From Octopus sinensis (lineage: Eukaryota): DNA of 64,000 nt. A model generated the notes under the pieces. The model was given only the letters and a program-made list of their open reading frames with translations. It made no database searches and was not told where the DNA came from. The position numbers were made by a program, and so were the translations under genes. The stretch is from assembly GCF_006345805.1 (NCBI RefSeq), contig NC_043004.1, positions 68,014,001 to 68,078,000 of the forward strand, read 5' to 3'. Shown here piece after piece: positions 25,101 through 39,772 of the stretch (position 1 is its first letter; each line of letters opens with the position of its first letter).

Positions 25101-26049
25101 AGTATATGTTTGTGCGTGTGTGTGTGTGTGTGTGTGTGGAACACTGACAGAATCTTCAATGTCCCTGGGTAATCGAGCACTAACCCAAATCTCCGACGTC
25201 ATTCTAAACAGTTTCGTTTATAAAATAAAAGTGACGTCCTACTTAAATGTGATCCTATAATTAACGTTTGACAGATTTGGCTTTTTTTTGTGTGATATAT
25301 ATAACTATACATAAAGCAAAACATGTGTCTGAATACATGTGTATTTGCAGATGTGTGTAAATATTATATATACGTGTATGATTCGCAATCGTTCCTTTGT
25401 CACAAGACTTCGAGTCTTCTTTTGTGAAAGAAGCTACGGACGTGTCCATTCTCTCCCTTGAGTACTGTGTAGAATGCGGAGGCAGTAGACGAGCAGAATG
25501 AGGACCAGGATATTATGAGACCGAAACGAAATGTTTCCAACACATCTAAATGTAGTTTTTGTTAAAAAATATATATAACAATAAAACGAAGAAATTATAT
25601 CAATTCTTAGCAACTTGTCATAACGGAAATTTATGCAAAATTATTTCAGATATCTCAATTCTAATTATGTTATGTAAAGTATTTCCTGGCTATAATGAAA
25701 CTTCATGTCCAAAGATAAGAATCATTATTGAATTCCTATAAAAATTATATGTTGTTTCTCTTATTTTTCCCCGAAAGTCAAATAGTAAAATGGAAATTTA
25801 TACATAGACATACATGTAAACAGATAAATACATAGGGAGAAAGAGAAACAGAGAAACGGAGAGAGAGTGAGAGAAAGAAAGAAAGAAAGAAAGAGGAAAA
25901 TTGAAGAGGAGAGGAGATAGTAGAGATAGAGTAGATCATGATATATATATGTTGAAGTTGTATCTTGAATACTGACCAATTTCCAATATATAAAACATAC
26001 TGTTCCATATGTATAAGCACATACATAAATACATTACACACATACATAC

Positions 26050-26081
<32 letters not shown>

Positions 26082-27729
26082 TGTGTGTGTGTGTGTGTGT
26101 GCGTACGTGTGTGTGTGTGTATGTATGTATGTATGTATGTATGTATCTATGTATGTATCTATGTAGGAATGTAGGTATATTTTGTGTGTGTGCATATTTT
26201 CAAACGTACTTGGTTATTTTAAAGATGCTCAACGTTGTTAAGCGAACCCCACATTCACCAGCTCACAGCCACGTGAAAATGAGAATCAGAAACAAAATTA
26301 GTTTTTGGAGAGGCCCAAGTTGCCATATAGCAAATGGGGTGGGGTACCTTGAGCCTTTTTTGTTTTTGTTTTTATGAACAGTGTGCGTCTTTTATGCCAA
26401 GAAATAAAATATAAAAGTATCCATACATCCATACTATGATGACTGTATCCCGATTTCGAGCGATGACATCGCTTTGTTATTCTCTTAAATACGAGGAATG
26501 CATACACGGACGTTTCGTCTTGCTTGGGGCCTACTCAGTGTTTTATAGAATTAGCAAGAGAATTAGTGATGAGAGAAAGTAACAGCCACGATAACCCATG
26601 CCTTCATTTTGTTTTGTCCTTACATCCAGCCGTATTATATGAATGCTGCACACTTTTATTTCTAAAATGTTTGAAATATATGATAATCGCTGGATTAATA
26701 TTATTTTAACACATAAATTGAAGTATAATTTTTAATATAGAATATTACGATTACATGATTTTTAAATATTCAATCATTTATATATAAGTATTGATACATG
26801 AATCAATCACGAATCCAAACTTAATTCAACGTTTGCATATTCAAATGCGATCCATCCGTGTGTATGTGCGTACGCATATGTGTGTATGCGTGCGTGTGTG
26901 CATGTGTGTGTGTGTGTGTGCATATGTGTGTGGTGTGTTCTTGTACAGTTGAGCTCAAGATCATTAGAGTTACATATTAAAGTAGTAATCAAACACAAAA
27001 GCACTTCTCATTCAGCGTTGATTAAGGTAGCATTCTGTAGGTCACTTATATGCACACTAGCAAGATTGAATTCTAATCTGCATCAGGCATGGAGCCTCAA
27101 AGCTGAACTTATACCATATGTATGTTAGTGTGTAATATGTGTCTGGCAGTCATGCTTTTTACTGTCACTCCTGTAGATATACAAACCCTGTCAAAAGTTT
27201 TTGGTAGTGCACCAACGAACAAATTTGGGCTTGAATATTAATACCCGAAAGAGTGAAAGCCCCTATTAACCAAGATATGACACAAGCAAAGGTACTCGTT
27301 ATGGACTCTCATTTACATCAAAAGACATCACAGGTAAGGCATCCTTTGAGGTATACAAATAATAAGACAGTAGGCCCAGAAGCAAAATAGATCGGAGGAT
27401 AAGCAAGGGCGGCCCTAATTGTGAACGACTGATTTTGAAACAAGCACAGTTGAAGAAAAAACACAATGTTACCCAAGTAATGCAAGTATTCACACCAATG
27501 TACGAAGCAGAAGTATAGTCGCTATACAGCAAGCATGTAAAATAACCACGTCTAATCATGGCTTGGGGCGACCATTGAGAATTGCTGGAAAAATACAATT
27601 TGAGAAATGTCATAATTCTTGGGAATCTTAATCTTTCGTATTGCAGCGAAACCTCTGTTGCTGTGGGTATGTCCAAATGACGGAGATAAAAGCTACGATA
27701 CGACATGTAATATTCTTACAGGCACTTTG

Positions 27730-28507
27730 CTGTATAAGCAGTCGGAACATTTTCTGGGACACAAACTGGATGCAGTAATAATGCTAAAAGAGTTGGGAGC
27801 ACACTGATGCTTACTGTCGGAATAAAACAGCTTCGGAGATGAATACTTGCATTGTCATTGTCGATATAGAGGAATACTCTGCCATAGTTTGCAATTTTCT
27901 CAGGGATAGGAAGTTGAAATAAAAAGCCAACCTGACATTTTGCGTTAAACTTTTAAAGCCTGCCACAGGGACATTGCACGTACTTCGGCAATCTAACAGC
28001 GGCAAGGCAATAGGTAGTACGCCATATTTCAAGTGAGACGGGTGGAAGATCGTCCCTGGAATACGATGAGCAATTGTACGCCGAGAATTTGGCCTCCAGT
28101 GCCAGCCCGTCAATCGAGAGTCCTATTGAAACGTGTTAAAGCGTTTGAGGGAGGACAGTCGGCAGAAGCGACTGGGTCTGTTGAACGCGAAGAATTGGAT
28201 TTTTCACAATGACAATGCATCCTGTCACCGAATTCTTCTCACTCACGTGTTTCACCCCCTAAACACCTTCGTATCGCTTCCGCTCGTCCCCACCTTCTTC
28301 TCCAGATTGTCGAAATCCAGAGAGAAGGGCAATAAGGTCCTCAACTCGCTTGCAGAAACAACTTCCAGACAGGATTCCAAATGTGCTAGGAACGCTGGAA
28401 TCGGTGTATTGCTGCGCAAAGTGAATATTTCGAAGAAGATGTTAAAACTTAGATGCATAAGTTAGATTTTATTAATAATAACTAGTCCGAGCACTTTTTA
28501 TACACCC
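27730..28507 (+). mobile_element. Internally deleted mariner element
   Basis: N-terminal KANLTFCVKLLKPATGTLHVL, then LKRLRED..WIFHNDNASCH (HDNA motif), then ERWNRCIAAQSEYFEED. The ends are loosely inverted. Confidence 0.85.
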
Positions 28508-29671
28508 ACACACATGCACACTTACACACTCACACACACACACACACTCACACACACACACAAATATACACGGACGCACACACATGCACATATGTGTTCT
28601 GTTTGCGCGTGTATTCACATTCTTCTATATGTAATGTGTAATGTAGGTGGATATTTTTCAATGGATATTTTTCAATAAATTAATCTTTTATATGCTGCAC
28701 TCTCAGACTTATATCCTGATATCAGCTGTGTAACATATAAATGTATTTTTCTCTCTAACACTTTCTCACACTCACTTTCTCTGTCCTTATCTCTCAATTT
28801 CTCTCAAACCCCCCTCTCTCTCCCATTCTATCTCTCAATTTCTCTCAACTTCTATCTCCCTCTATATCTCCCTCCTTCTCACACTCATTCTCTATCTCTC
28901 TCTCTCTTTCTGTCGATATCTGCCTCTCTCTGATTCTTTCATTGTTTCTTGTCTTATACACAGAAATACGTAGCTACACACACATTACTCACAGACTTAC
29001 CCACATACACACATATACACATATATGTATGTATACATCTGAATATATATGCGTATTGCATGTATGTAATTATATACGAATGCAGCCATGTAATTATGGT
29101 ATGTATGTATGTATGTATGTATGTATGTATGTATGTATGTATCTATGTATCTATGTATCTATGTATGTATGTATATATGCATGTATGTATACAATATGTA
29201 CGCATATACTTCTCTACGTGCGAGTTTAATTATTGAAGAAATTTCGATTCTTCGCGACAAGGTTTTATCAATATATACTTAATAAACCTAAAGAATCGAA
29301 ATACCTTCATTGTGTTGAAAAAAATCCATTTATTCTTGAGCTCCCTCTAGCATAATGATATATCTTTAGCTAATTCCCTATGGTTCGACGGAGAATATAT
29401 TGCCCAAAGCATAAATATTAAAACTTGCATGTTCTTTATTCGCTGAAATACATGCCTGTCTTAGACGTGCGCCACTTCTATTCATTTCCATGATATATGA
29501 CAACGAGTTTACTTGGATAGTCAACGACAATGAGAGAATATGTGAATATGTAGCAAAGCAATGGCTGTAACATTTGCATACGACGATACGATAATTTCAT
29601 AGAATTTGATACAGATACAAAACTGTATATGCGGACAGATATGTATATATACACAGGCGCAGATACTTGGT

Positions 29672-29713
<42 letters not shown>

Positions 29714-29785
29714 TACATTTGTACATGTGTACATGTATGAATACACACACACACACTCGCTCACACACACACTCACACACACATG

Positions 29786-29819
<34 letters not shown>

Positions 29820-29842
29820 CATACATATACATATATGTATAT

Positions 29843-29878
<36 letters not shown>

Positions 29879-30042
29879 GTATACATATATAAATATTTAT
29901 TATATGTGATATATTGTAATGTGCATTGATTAATAAGTACAGATGCATATGCATACATACATAGAAATATACATACACATATATATATATATATACATAT
30001 TTATATATTTGTGTCTGTATATATACATATATATATATATAC

Positions 30043-30090
<48 letters not shown>

Positions 30091-30354
30091 CATATATAAA
30101 TGCTTGTGTGTATGTGTATATACGTATATGCATGTATATAATATGTGTGCATAAAAGTGTGTATGTATATTTATGCATATAAATTTGCGTATGTATTCTC
30201 GTATATTAATTTATATCCGTTAACGCATACCTCATGAATAATGCATATGGATACACACACATAGGTATGTAACAATATGCATGTGTGGTATTATATAATC
30301 TGTCTCTCTCTCCCTATGTAAGTGTCTGTATACACACATACACACGTCGAAGTG

Positions 30355-30389
<35 letters not shown>

Positions 30390-30416
30390 GCTATACAGAT
30401 AGATAGATAGATAGAT

Positions 30417-30475
<59 letters not shown>

Positions 30476-30487
30476 ATAGTTAGATAG

Positions 30488-30518
<31 letters not shown>

Positions 30519-30711
30519 TGTATGTATGTATGTATGTATGTATGTATGTATGTATGCGAGTACGTATGTTTGCAGTACATGCAGACAGACAAAGGGTGGG
30601 AATGAAAGGAAAAGAATTGGTAAGAAGAGGAAGGATTTACCAGTCAAATGGAGAGTATAAATGACTGAAATATATATATATATATATATATAATATATAT
30701 AATATATATAT

Positions 30712-30743
<32 letters not shown>

Positions 30744-30948
30744 CGTTAGTATATTTATCGACACAACTATTTATATGTAGATATGCTTAGATTTAAACTC
30801 GACATGTCTTCTTACAAATAGCCATATGCATCATTTCAAATGTATCTACATTTACGTATAAGCCGCTGTATATGCATGCATACATGTATATTATGTATGT
30901 ATATATATATATATATATATATGTTTGTATGTATATATATATATATGT

Positions 30949-31002
<54 letters not shown>

Positions 31003-31033
31003 TATATATACATATATATATGTGTATATATAT

Positions 31034-31066
<33 letters not shown>

Positions 31067-31448
31067 TTATTTATGAATGTATCTATATATACCTTTGCAT
31101 ACATGTTCACGTGTGTGCGTATGCATAGCTTTCACCCTTCTATTTCTAACTCTTTACTCACATCAGCCAACGCTTACGTAATGTTATAATATATAGCCCT
31201 CAATATATAAATACTCTTCGACTTTGCTATTATTCTCCACTGCCTCCTTCCACCTCAATCACATAGGATGAACCAAACACCGTGCGCAGCATATATACAC
31301 ACACGCTCACATACACACACACACACATATACACACACACATACACACTCACGCCCGCAAGTAGATACACATGCATATATGTAAACGGATATACATATGG
31401 ATGTATGCATATATACACACATATGTATAAATGTAGATATATATGTCT

Positions 31449-31481
<33 letters not shown>

Positions 31482-31676
31482 TATATATATATGCATATAA
31501 AGACAGAGATGGATGATAGATAGATTATACATATATGTTTGTGTAGATAGCTAGACAGAGAGAGAGAAAGAAGGAGAGACAGAGACAGACAGACAAGCGG
31601 GTAGATAGACAGATATATATATACATAGAAAGATAGACAGATAGATAGATAGATAGATGGATAGATAGATAGATAT

Positions 31677-31714
<38 letters not shown>

Positions 31715-31715
31715 T

Positions 31716-31825
<110 letters not shown>

Positions 31826-33890
31826 CGGACTGAATATGATGACTGCTATATGACAGAGACAAATTGCGAAGGGTTAGTAAAGTACTAAATCTAAAGAAGT
31901 TAACTTTTCCACTTTTCCTGAACTTGGCAGTGGAAACGTTCACAATACGACATCGCATTTGATTTATAAACCTGTCCGACTGGTAACCCATTGGCAGGAG
32001 TGTCTGTCTGTTCCATTGCATTTTATTTCTATGACCAATATGCTTTGTATTGATTCAATTCTATCTATGTAACATATGCTTTCGTTAAACTACACACTTC
32101 ATGTTCATTCAAAGACTAATGCCGAAATGTCTTTCAATATAATATGGTTTAGCTAAATCAAATATTCTCTTCTTACACTGACCATTGCTCCTATTCTGTA
32201 AATATCATATACATAAATAAGTGTGTGTGTGTGTGTGTGTGTGTTTGTGTGTGTGTGTAAGCGAAGTTTGTGTTTGTGTCAATTCCATGTAATATATAAT
32301 GATTCAATGCCTCATATGCTTATTGTATATCATATCTATCTCAGTATTCTATATGTGGTAAAGACGCTCGCTTTGCAGCCAGGTTGTTTCGGGTGGTACC
32401 TCAAATGTGTGGCCCCATGGCCAAGTGTTTTCTTCTATAGCCTCAGGCTGATAAAGGGCTTGTGGATAAATTTGGTAAAAAAAAAAATGGTATGGAAAAC
32501 CGTCATATATTCGTGTATGAGTGTTTTTATTTTCGTGCTTGTTCTTGACCCCGCCCATAGACTGACAACCGGTGTCCGATTCTTTACCTCCGTGTAACAG
32601 AGTATATTGTCAAAGAAGCCGGTATGATATATTCCAGTTTTTTTTTTAAATATGCACTGGGATAGAATTTTTAGACTAAATCCCTTGACCCAGTAAAACT
32701 GCGGCCCAATGATTAAAGCACGAAGAAAATAACAGATTAAAGATCAACAAGCTATCCCGTCATCTTGTTTCAGTAAACGATATATCGTCCTTATCTGTAA
32801 CATAACATATGCATACGTCGGAGCGACAAAGATCATTTAGTCAGCCTTAATTGTGACTAATGACCATCTTGAATCAAGTGGCAAGACGAATTCAAGACGA
32901 GCAGGGATATAAACTGATGCAGTAGGCGGACTAAATGTCTTACTTCTTTCCTCTTGTTCTCTGTGTTTCAAAATGGGTAGATGCAGCCACCAAGCTCTCC
33001 TTTGCAGCGGATCTAGCCTTCATATAAATAGACAGACAAACATTTATATGCTACTTAAACCATGTGTGAGACAATGACAGATGCTACAACTACGGATAAT
33101 AGTCGATATTGGTACGCTAGTGGTTAAACCAACATCCCTGAAAGCCTTAGAATTCCTGAACCAATGCTATGCTACTGTACACAGCTTATAGTTATTTCTA
33201 CCCCCGGGAAAAAACAAAAAGTATCATTTAAGTTTAAATTAATAAGAGTGAAAAATTGAATATTAATTTAATATCAATATAAAACAAGTGGTCTAGCATA
33301 TTAAAATCTGAAGATGCAGAAAAATTATATTAATACATATACGTGGGATAACAACTACGTGAACATCCATTATGCTAGAAGTAGATCTGCTATGGTCTTA
33401 CCACTAAGAAAGAAATGTTCTCAAGAAAATTCAGCAAACGCTAGAACATAAGCGAGCAAGACAAATGAAAAGAAACAGAATATAGATTAATCACAAACCA
33501 GTTTCGCTATTACCACATACGTAATTATCCGTAGCTCATCAGTATGATCGTCTTTGCAAATAAAATTTGCAGAACTATACAAGAGACGTCCGCATGAGAT
33601 TGAACATGTATACAGTTCTACATTTTACACTTGAGTTTATTTTCCAAAGGCTTCGTATCCCTCTTATATCTATCATTTAGTTAAGTGTAGAATATCGTAC
33701 TAAAAGTAGCAATTCATAAATACGTTATAACAAAAGTATCTGGGATTACTTCCAATTTAAGCACGAGGACATCGGTTTTAGTGGTTAATTCTTGGCTTGG
33801 TATATTACCGATGTTAACACTTGACAGCGCAATATCTATTTTACCAATCTCAAAAGGATGAAAGGTTCAACATTCGTTTAATTTCAATTC

Positions 33891-34474
33891 TCATCTCGCA
33901 CGTGACAGCAGTTGTTCGACATAAGCCCACAGGTCGGAAATTGTTGGACACTGCACGAGTGCGTGCAGAACGGTTTCGTCGCTCTGCCCGCATCTCGGGC
34001 AGGTCGGCCCCGTGTTTCTCGAGCCGTGTCAGTAGAGCTTATCCCGAACGGGTAGCGGTTCTCGGTAGCACTGCCAGGCCAGGGATCTCTGGAAGTTGTC
34101 CATGGGCCCTGGCCCAAATGTCGTCCCGAACAGGCGGGTCAGGTATTCCTCGTCGCCGTCCAGGTTTGCCCCGAGCTCGTCGTCGTACCTCCTCTCCACT
34201 AATCCCCTATAGAATGCTTGGGTTGTGATGGAGTCACTCAAGGTCGACCCGGGACGGCAGAGTTGCTTGAGAGCAACGCGACACTCGCGGTGCCATTCGC
34301 ACCTCCTCGGCCTCTTTTTGTTCCACGACTGCAGTTCGGTCATGGAGACGAGTTGCGGGAAGGCGTGCCTGACAAACGACGACCACACCTGTTCACGGTC
34401 GTCTTCGAAGAGCCTGAGATGTCGCAGTCTCAGCGCGTGTCTGCGCATCATCAACCACGGCATGCCCAGTCCTC
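33891..34474 (-). mobile_element. Tx1/L1-type LINE fragment, same family as 13713-14827
   Basis: 33891-34305 aligns closely with 14410-14827. The 5' junction is cagtcctc|atagatagat. Confidence 0.88.
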
Positions 34475-34559
34475 ATAGATAGATGTCCATGCTCTGAGTT
34501 ATATTTTACCATTTCAGCCGCAAGAAATGTGTGTAGGTGTGTGTCTGCGCATATATGTA

Positions 34560-34770
34560 TATAGAGTTAATCCAAACATGAACAAGCAAGAAAAAACAAC
34601 AATGCGAGGACGTGGAATAAGTATAGTGCTATTGGACGCTCAGGAAAGTAAAGAAAATAAAGAGGATTTCTCGTTTCGAGGGGAGCTTTTCGTCAGAAAT
34701 ATAGAAAAAATCCAAAGAAGGGAAGACGGAGAAAGAAAATCGCCAACGTTACACACGCGGTCACAATTAT
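34560..34770 (-). mobile_element. Probable solo PLE terminal repeat with degenerate hammerhead (34666-34700)
   Basis: ATTT-CTGACGA-A-AAGC(TCC)CCTC-GAA-ACGA-G-AAAT. Stem II and U16.1 are mutated. Confidence 0.5.
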
Positions 34771-35191
34771 GTATATACCTCTGTATGCGTATATGTTTGT
34801 GTCTTTGTGTGTAGGGGACTGACGTATGTTAGTATTTCTGATTTGTATAAACAACAGAGTTAATCATTGGACAAGCGAATATGCAGTTTGAAATATCTTT
34901 TTAAACAAAGTCATTAGGAGACATTACGTGTATTTTACCGCACATAACGTTATTACAGCATCATTTAATTGAACAGATTCCAAACTTTATATACCACTTA
35001 ACTATTCCAGACTATGCCGATTCCTGTTTTAATTTATATGGACTTTATTTTAATCACTTTAATCTTAACTTGCAATAATGTACAACTAAATAATTTACAT
35101 TGCAATTTATTTCTGAGGTGAAGTTAGTCTTTTCTTGAAAATGCAGGTGTTGTCGTGACAACACCAGTGATTTCACACACACACACACACA

Positions 35192-35231
<40 letters not shown>

Positions 35232-35475
35232 TATGTATACACATACGCATATTGTGTTTAGAATCAACGTGGTAATTTACAATATATTTTAATATGATGT
35301 TATGCTGCAATGGATCGTGTTTCATTAACTCTATTAATTTTCATCATAGGAATTATGCAGACACATCCAGAGACGTTCTTGATAAATATTATTTAATAAA
35401 CACAATATATGTTTCTTTTTATGTCCTGCTATTAGTTTCATGTGTTGAAAGCATAACAAACAGTATTTTTAACAT

Positions 35476-35560
35476 GTCCGGTGTTCTAGCACAAACATCA
35501 GACACTGCTCACATGATATAACATGTGGATGTGTCTGATGATTGTGCTAGGAAACCAGAC
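35476..35560. ncRNA. Pre-miRNA-like hairpin (candidate)
   Basis: ctagcacaaacatcagacac pairs with gtgtctgatgattgtgctag (19/20). There is a 10-bp lower stem with 2 mismatches, an inner cacatg/catgtg stem and a 6-nt loop. The flanks are not recognisably repetitive. Confidence 0.45.
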
Positions 35561-35701
35561 TATTGAAAACTGTTATTTGGTATGCTCTTAGTACATGAAA
35601 TTAATAGTAGCACATACAAACATATATTATGCTTATTAGATAATATTTATCTCGCCAGATGGAGTACTTTTTCTTGATCTTACCATCACGGAACATTACA
35701 C

Positions 35702-35767
<66 letters not shown>

Positions 35768-38392
35768 TAAGTACATTCATACATGCTATGCTTATCTTTA
35801 TGCACACTTCAGATACAATATGTTAGTAGAACAATGTATATGTGCAAGTATTTCTCCAATTCAAAATGTAGCCCACTTCATTTTTATATATGTTTTCCAA
35901 ACACAGAAGTTTTTATCTTTTTGGAAACCAACGCTTGACATATAAGAAGACTTCAAATAACTCGACGCTACAGATAACATACATACATACGTAACATAAT
36001 ATAACACAGTTTAGTCTTCTGATTGATTTAGGCTATTGCAATGCATATTTCACGCTACATATTTTGATCATCGAGCTGGATAGCTATTTGCCTTCACTTA
36101 CGTTGCTAATAATAAAGAATATGGGTATCACTGCACATATTTCGTCTGCATATAAAGTCAAGTCAAAGGGTATTTATTTATATGACTGATGTCTGGAAAA
36201 TATTAAACTGTTGGCCGATTCAGTAGAGAGTATGATTTAACGCTTTACTGTATCATTGATTCACAGATCAACTCCTTTTGATGTATGATTTATAGTTCAA
36301 CCTTTCAGTGTCGATAAACTAAGTGCCACTAATGTAGTTGATTTAACTTGCTAAATTCACTGCCTGCAGAAATTGGATTTTCACCTAATCAAAACGAATC
36401 AAAATATAACACTGATAGCTGTCTTATCATCTTCTGGGTGGAATAAATATATTCTGAAATATCAGGATTGGAACCTGATATTATAGCTTGCTGAATGTAT
36501 TGCAATTCACAAAATTTAGAAGAAGAAATTTATACTGATTAGATTTTGACACAACATAATAATATCCACCTGCTTCAATTTCGTATCAAATACACGCTGC
36601 CACAGTATGTATTAGCAGCTACATAAATAGCAAATATATATTTTACTATCTATTTATGATGTGCAGATGTAACGAATTATTTAATGTTCTATAGAGAAAT
36701 ATATCTGACAAGAAATATAGATCGCTGCAGCGTTGGTAATTGAGGACATGCGAGAATCACATTCTGGTTTTCTTAGCTAGAGGAATTGGATACATTATTT
36801 AAATCAGGATTTAAATTTAAGGATACAGTATTTGATTGCTATTTCACCTTATACTATACCATCGAGTATGTTGTCAGTCATAAGTATTCCGTTTAGTTTC
36901 TTTATATTAGATCAATGTAGCTGCCATATCTTATTCTCAAAATGGCTCCCTTTCTAGGAACTGTGTGGTTTAATAATGTAAAACTTATGTCACCAACATT
37001 AATGTTAGGATTAATATACAAATTTCATCTATGATTAAGATTCACCCAAAAGAAAATATTGCAAATCCTAACGGTTGATCTAGTCACAAAAATTAGAGTA
37101 ACCAATATGAACAATATCATCATCCACTATATCTACAGCGACAACAATTAAAACAATAAGATGAGCATTAACACAAATGCCAAAATGATATATAATTAAA
37201 TAACCACGACCTAACGAAGAACAGACCAAATGACATATAGACATGCTAAAATGGTAGCAAAATTACCTCCTCTTGCACTATTCTATCTTTAAAAAATTTA
37301 TGATACATTGAACAAGGTAATTTTTAAAACGCGTGAATGGAATACTGAATAGTCTTGGTTGGAACAATGTACGATATTCACACTTATATATATTGATTTC
37401 AAATTTTGGCACAAGGCCAGCAATTTAGGGGTAGGCTTTAAGTTGAGTACATATATCTCAATGCTCAATTGGTACTTAAATTAGGGTTTCCGAAAGAATG
37501 AAAGGCAAATTCGACTTTGGCGGAATGTAAACTCAGAACATAAAGTCAGACGAAAGACTGCTACTTATTTTGCCATTTTGCAAACGATTCTGCCAAGTCG
37601 TCGCATTACTGACATACATTGATATACTGGTGTGTAGGAATATGTATAAATTTGTTTTCATTGTGCTTTTGAAAGAGCGAATGTGTACGAGTGTTTGTAT
37701 GTGTGTGTGTGTGTAATCTCAATTAGTCCCAAAACTATAGTTCGAGACACTTTTCATAAGTTCTGCGCAGTGAAACCGAACCCGGTGTGGTTAAGCTGAT
37801 GGTTTGCAAATGAAACTTCTTAACCACGCAGTAATAATTCAAAAGTATTTTGCTATACAAATGGCTTCTTCCAATAATATTTAATACAATGGATTTATAT
37901 ATCGTTTTTAGTTTATGCGACATTTAGTTTGCATTAGTAGAATGCTGGCCGTTATGTTTCCAGATTTAGGAATTGATGGAGCTGATACCACTTCATTTTA
38001 TATGGCATGAAACTAGCAATTTTTGTATTAGCATCAATATGTTGTCTCCAGTTATAATTAAATATTCATATGATGGAATATTACCTGTTTGCTATTTTTC
38101 TTTTAAGCTATTTGCAAATATATTTTACTGATAGTTGATATAGCAATTAGTTTTGGTAAATTTTATTCTGTTTATTTCTATTTTGTCATTTCTTAATCTC
38201 CCTTTACTTCTATTAAAAATCTAGTTCTCTGGCGTGTGAATGATTGAAATATATCAGTTTCTCACCAATCATTTCAGATATCCAAGAGTCAATTCCTAAG
38301 GTGTGAAAAGCAACAGAATAGTTGTTAGTACTTAGACACAATGTCTCTGTCGGTCGTAGTCTACAACATACATTTTCATATGTTTCCACCAG

Positions 38393-38469
38393 CCATGGAC
38401 TAGACTTGTTTGAGGAGGATTGGCTGTTGCTTATGCATGCAGCTTTCCACTCAGTGATGGCTGACCAAG
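38393..38469 (+). CDS. Candidate 77-nt exon HGLDLFEEDWLLLMHAAFHSVMADQ
   Basis: Acceptor ttttcatatgtttccaccag and donor caag|gtaatg, with one open frame. The downstream YRRSFFP resembles a LINE C-terminus, so this may be a TE remnant. Confidence 0.2.
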
Positions 38470-38789
38470 GTAATGGATGCCGAATTGGGCAGATAAATTT
38501 TGCTATCATAACATGTTGCTGGCATACCGAAAACTATAAGAGCAGATACAGGAGGTCATTTTTCCCAACACTCATTTCTGCCAAACTAGGGTACTGCGAC
38601 ATATTACAGATCAAGAAACGATGAAAGGAAAAATGGACCGCATTGGCATTTGAACTCAGAATATAAAGACTCTGAGGAAAGGTCAGAAGCCATTCAAACT
38701 ACGCTCTAACCATCCTGCCAAAATGCTGTTTTGTGGAGTTGAAATGAATCAAATTTTACACTAGTTGTAAATAAGAAGTTAATTCTTGT

Positions 38790-38922
38790 TGCTTACCAAC
38801 CACATGGTTCCGGCTTCATTCCTACTGCGTGGCACCTTGGGCATGTGTCTTCTACTATAGCCTCGGGCCGACCAACGGATTTTGAGGTGATTTGGTAGAC
38901 GGAAACTGAAAGAAGCCCGTCG

Positions 38923-38957
<35 letters not shown>

Positions 38958-39170
38958 ATATGTTTGTGAATCTGTGTTTGCTCCCCCAACATCGCTTGAC
39001 AAGCGATGCTGGTGTGTTTACGTCCCCGTAACTTAGCGGTTCGGCAAAAGTGACCGATAGCATACGTACTAGGCTTACAAATAATAAGTTCTGGGGTCGA
39101 TTTGCTCCACTAAAGGCAATGCTCCAGCATGGCGGCAGTAAAATTACTGAAATAAGTAAAAGAGTAAAAG
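38790..39170 (+). mobile_element. SINE family C
   Basis: Same head, CORE-like middle, (AT)n and tail as 60095-60500. Confidence 0.85.
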
Positions 39171-39394
39171 ATATTTCAGGTTCGCTCAACATAGCAAACT
39201 AGTTTAATAATCTTTCGTATACAATACTACTGACATTTATATCGGTCAGTTGTTCATTCATTTGGAATACATTTACTGGTATATGAACAGCGCTAGCACG
39301 ATTCATATGTCTACACCAACTTACACTCGTAGTTCAGCAGAGAGTAAACCGCACACTTACTTAGTTCGCTTCGTTGTGTGCTCATAATCGCGGA

Positions 39395-39772
39395 ACTCTG
39401 TCAGTTACGATGAGTAGGGTTCCTGTTGATCCGATCAACGGAACAGCTGAGTCGTGAAATTAAGATGCAAGTGGCTGAGCACTCTATAGACACATGTACC
39501 AATAATGTAGTTTTCGGGGAGATTTAGCGTAACACAGAGTGGGACAAGGCTGGCCCTTTGAAATACAGGTACATCAGAAACAGGGAGAAAGAGTAAGGGA
39601 AAGTTGTGGTAAAAAATACAACAGGGTTCACCACCCCCACCAGCCGGAACCTCGTGATGACTTAGGTGTTTTCGCTCAATAAACACTCACAACACCCGGT
39701 CTGGGAATTGAAAGCCGCGATCCTACGACCGTGAGTCCGCTGCCCTAACCACTGGGTCATTGCACTTCCACA
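39395..39772 (-). mobile_element. tRNA-derived SINE (module B + tail Y)
   Basis: Collinear with 22038-22411. Confidence 0.88.

Noticed and set aside
26505-26541. HHR-like CTGAGTA...GACGAAACGTC on the minus strand
   Set aside because: G8 is mutated and stems I and II do not pair properly. At best it is a decayed remnant.
27177-27332. 156-nt segment between a good acceptor (ctcctgtag) and donor (cag|gtaagg)
   Set aside because: All three frames contain stops. It could at most be a non-coding exon.
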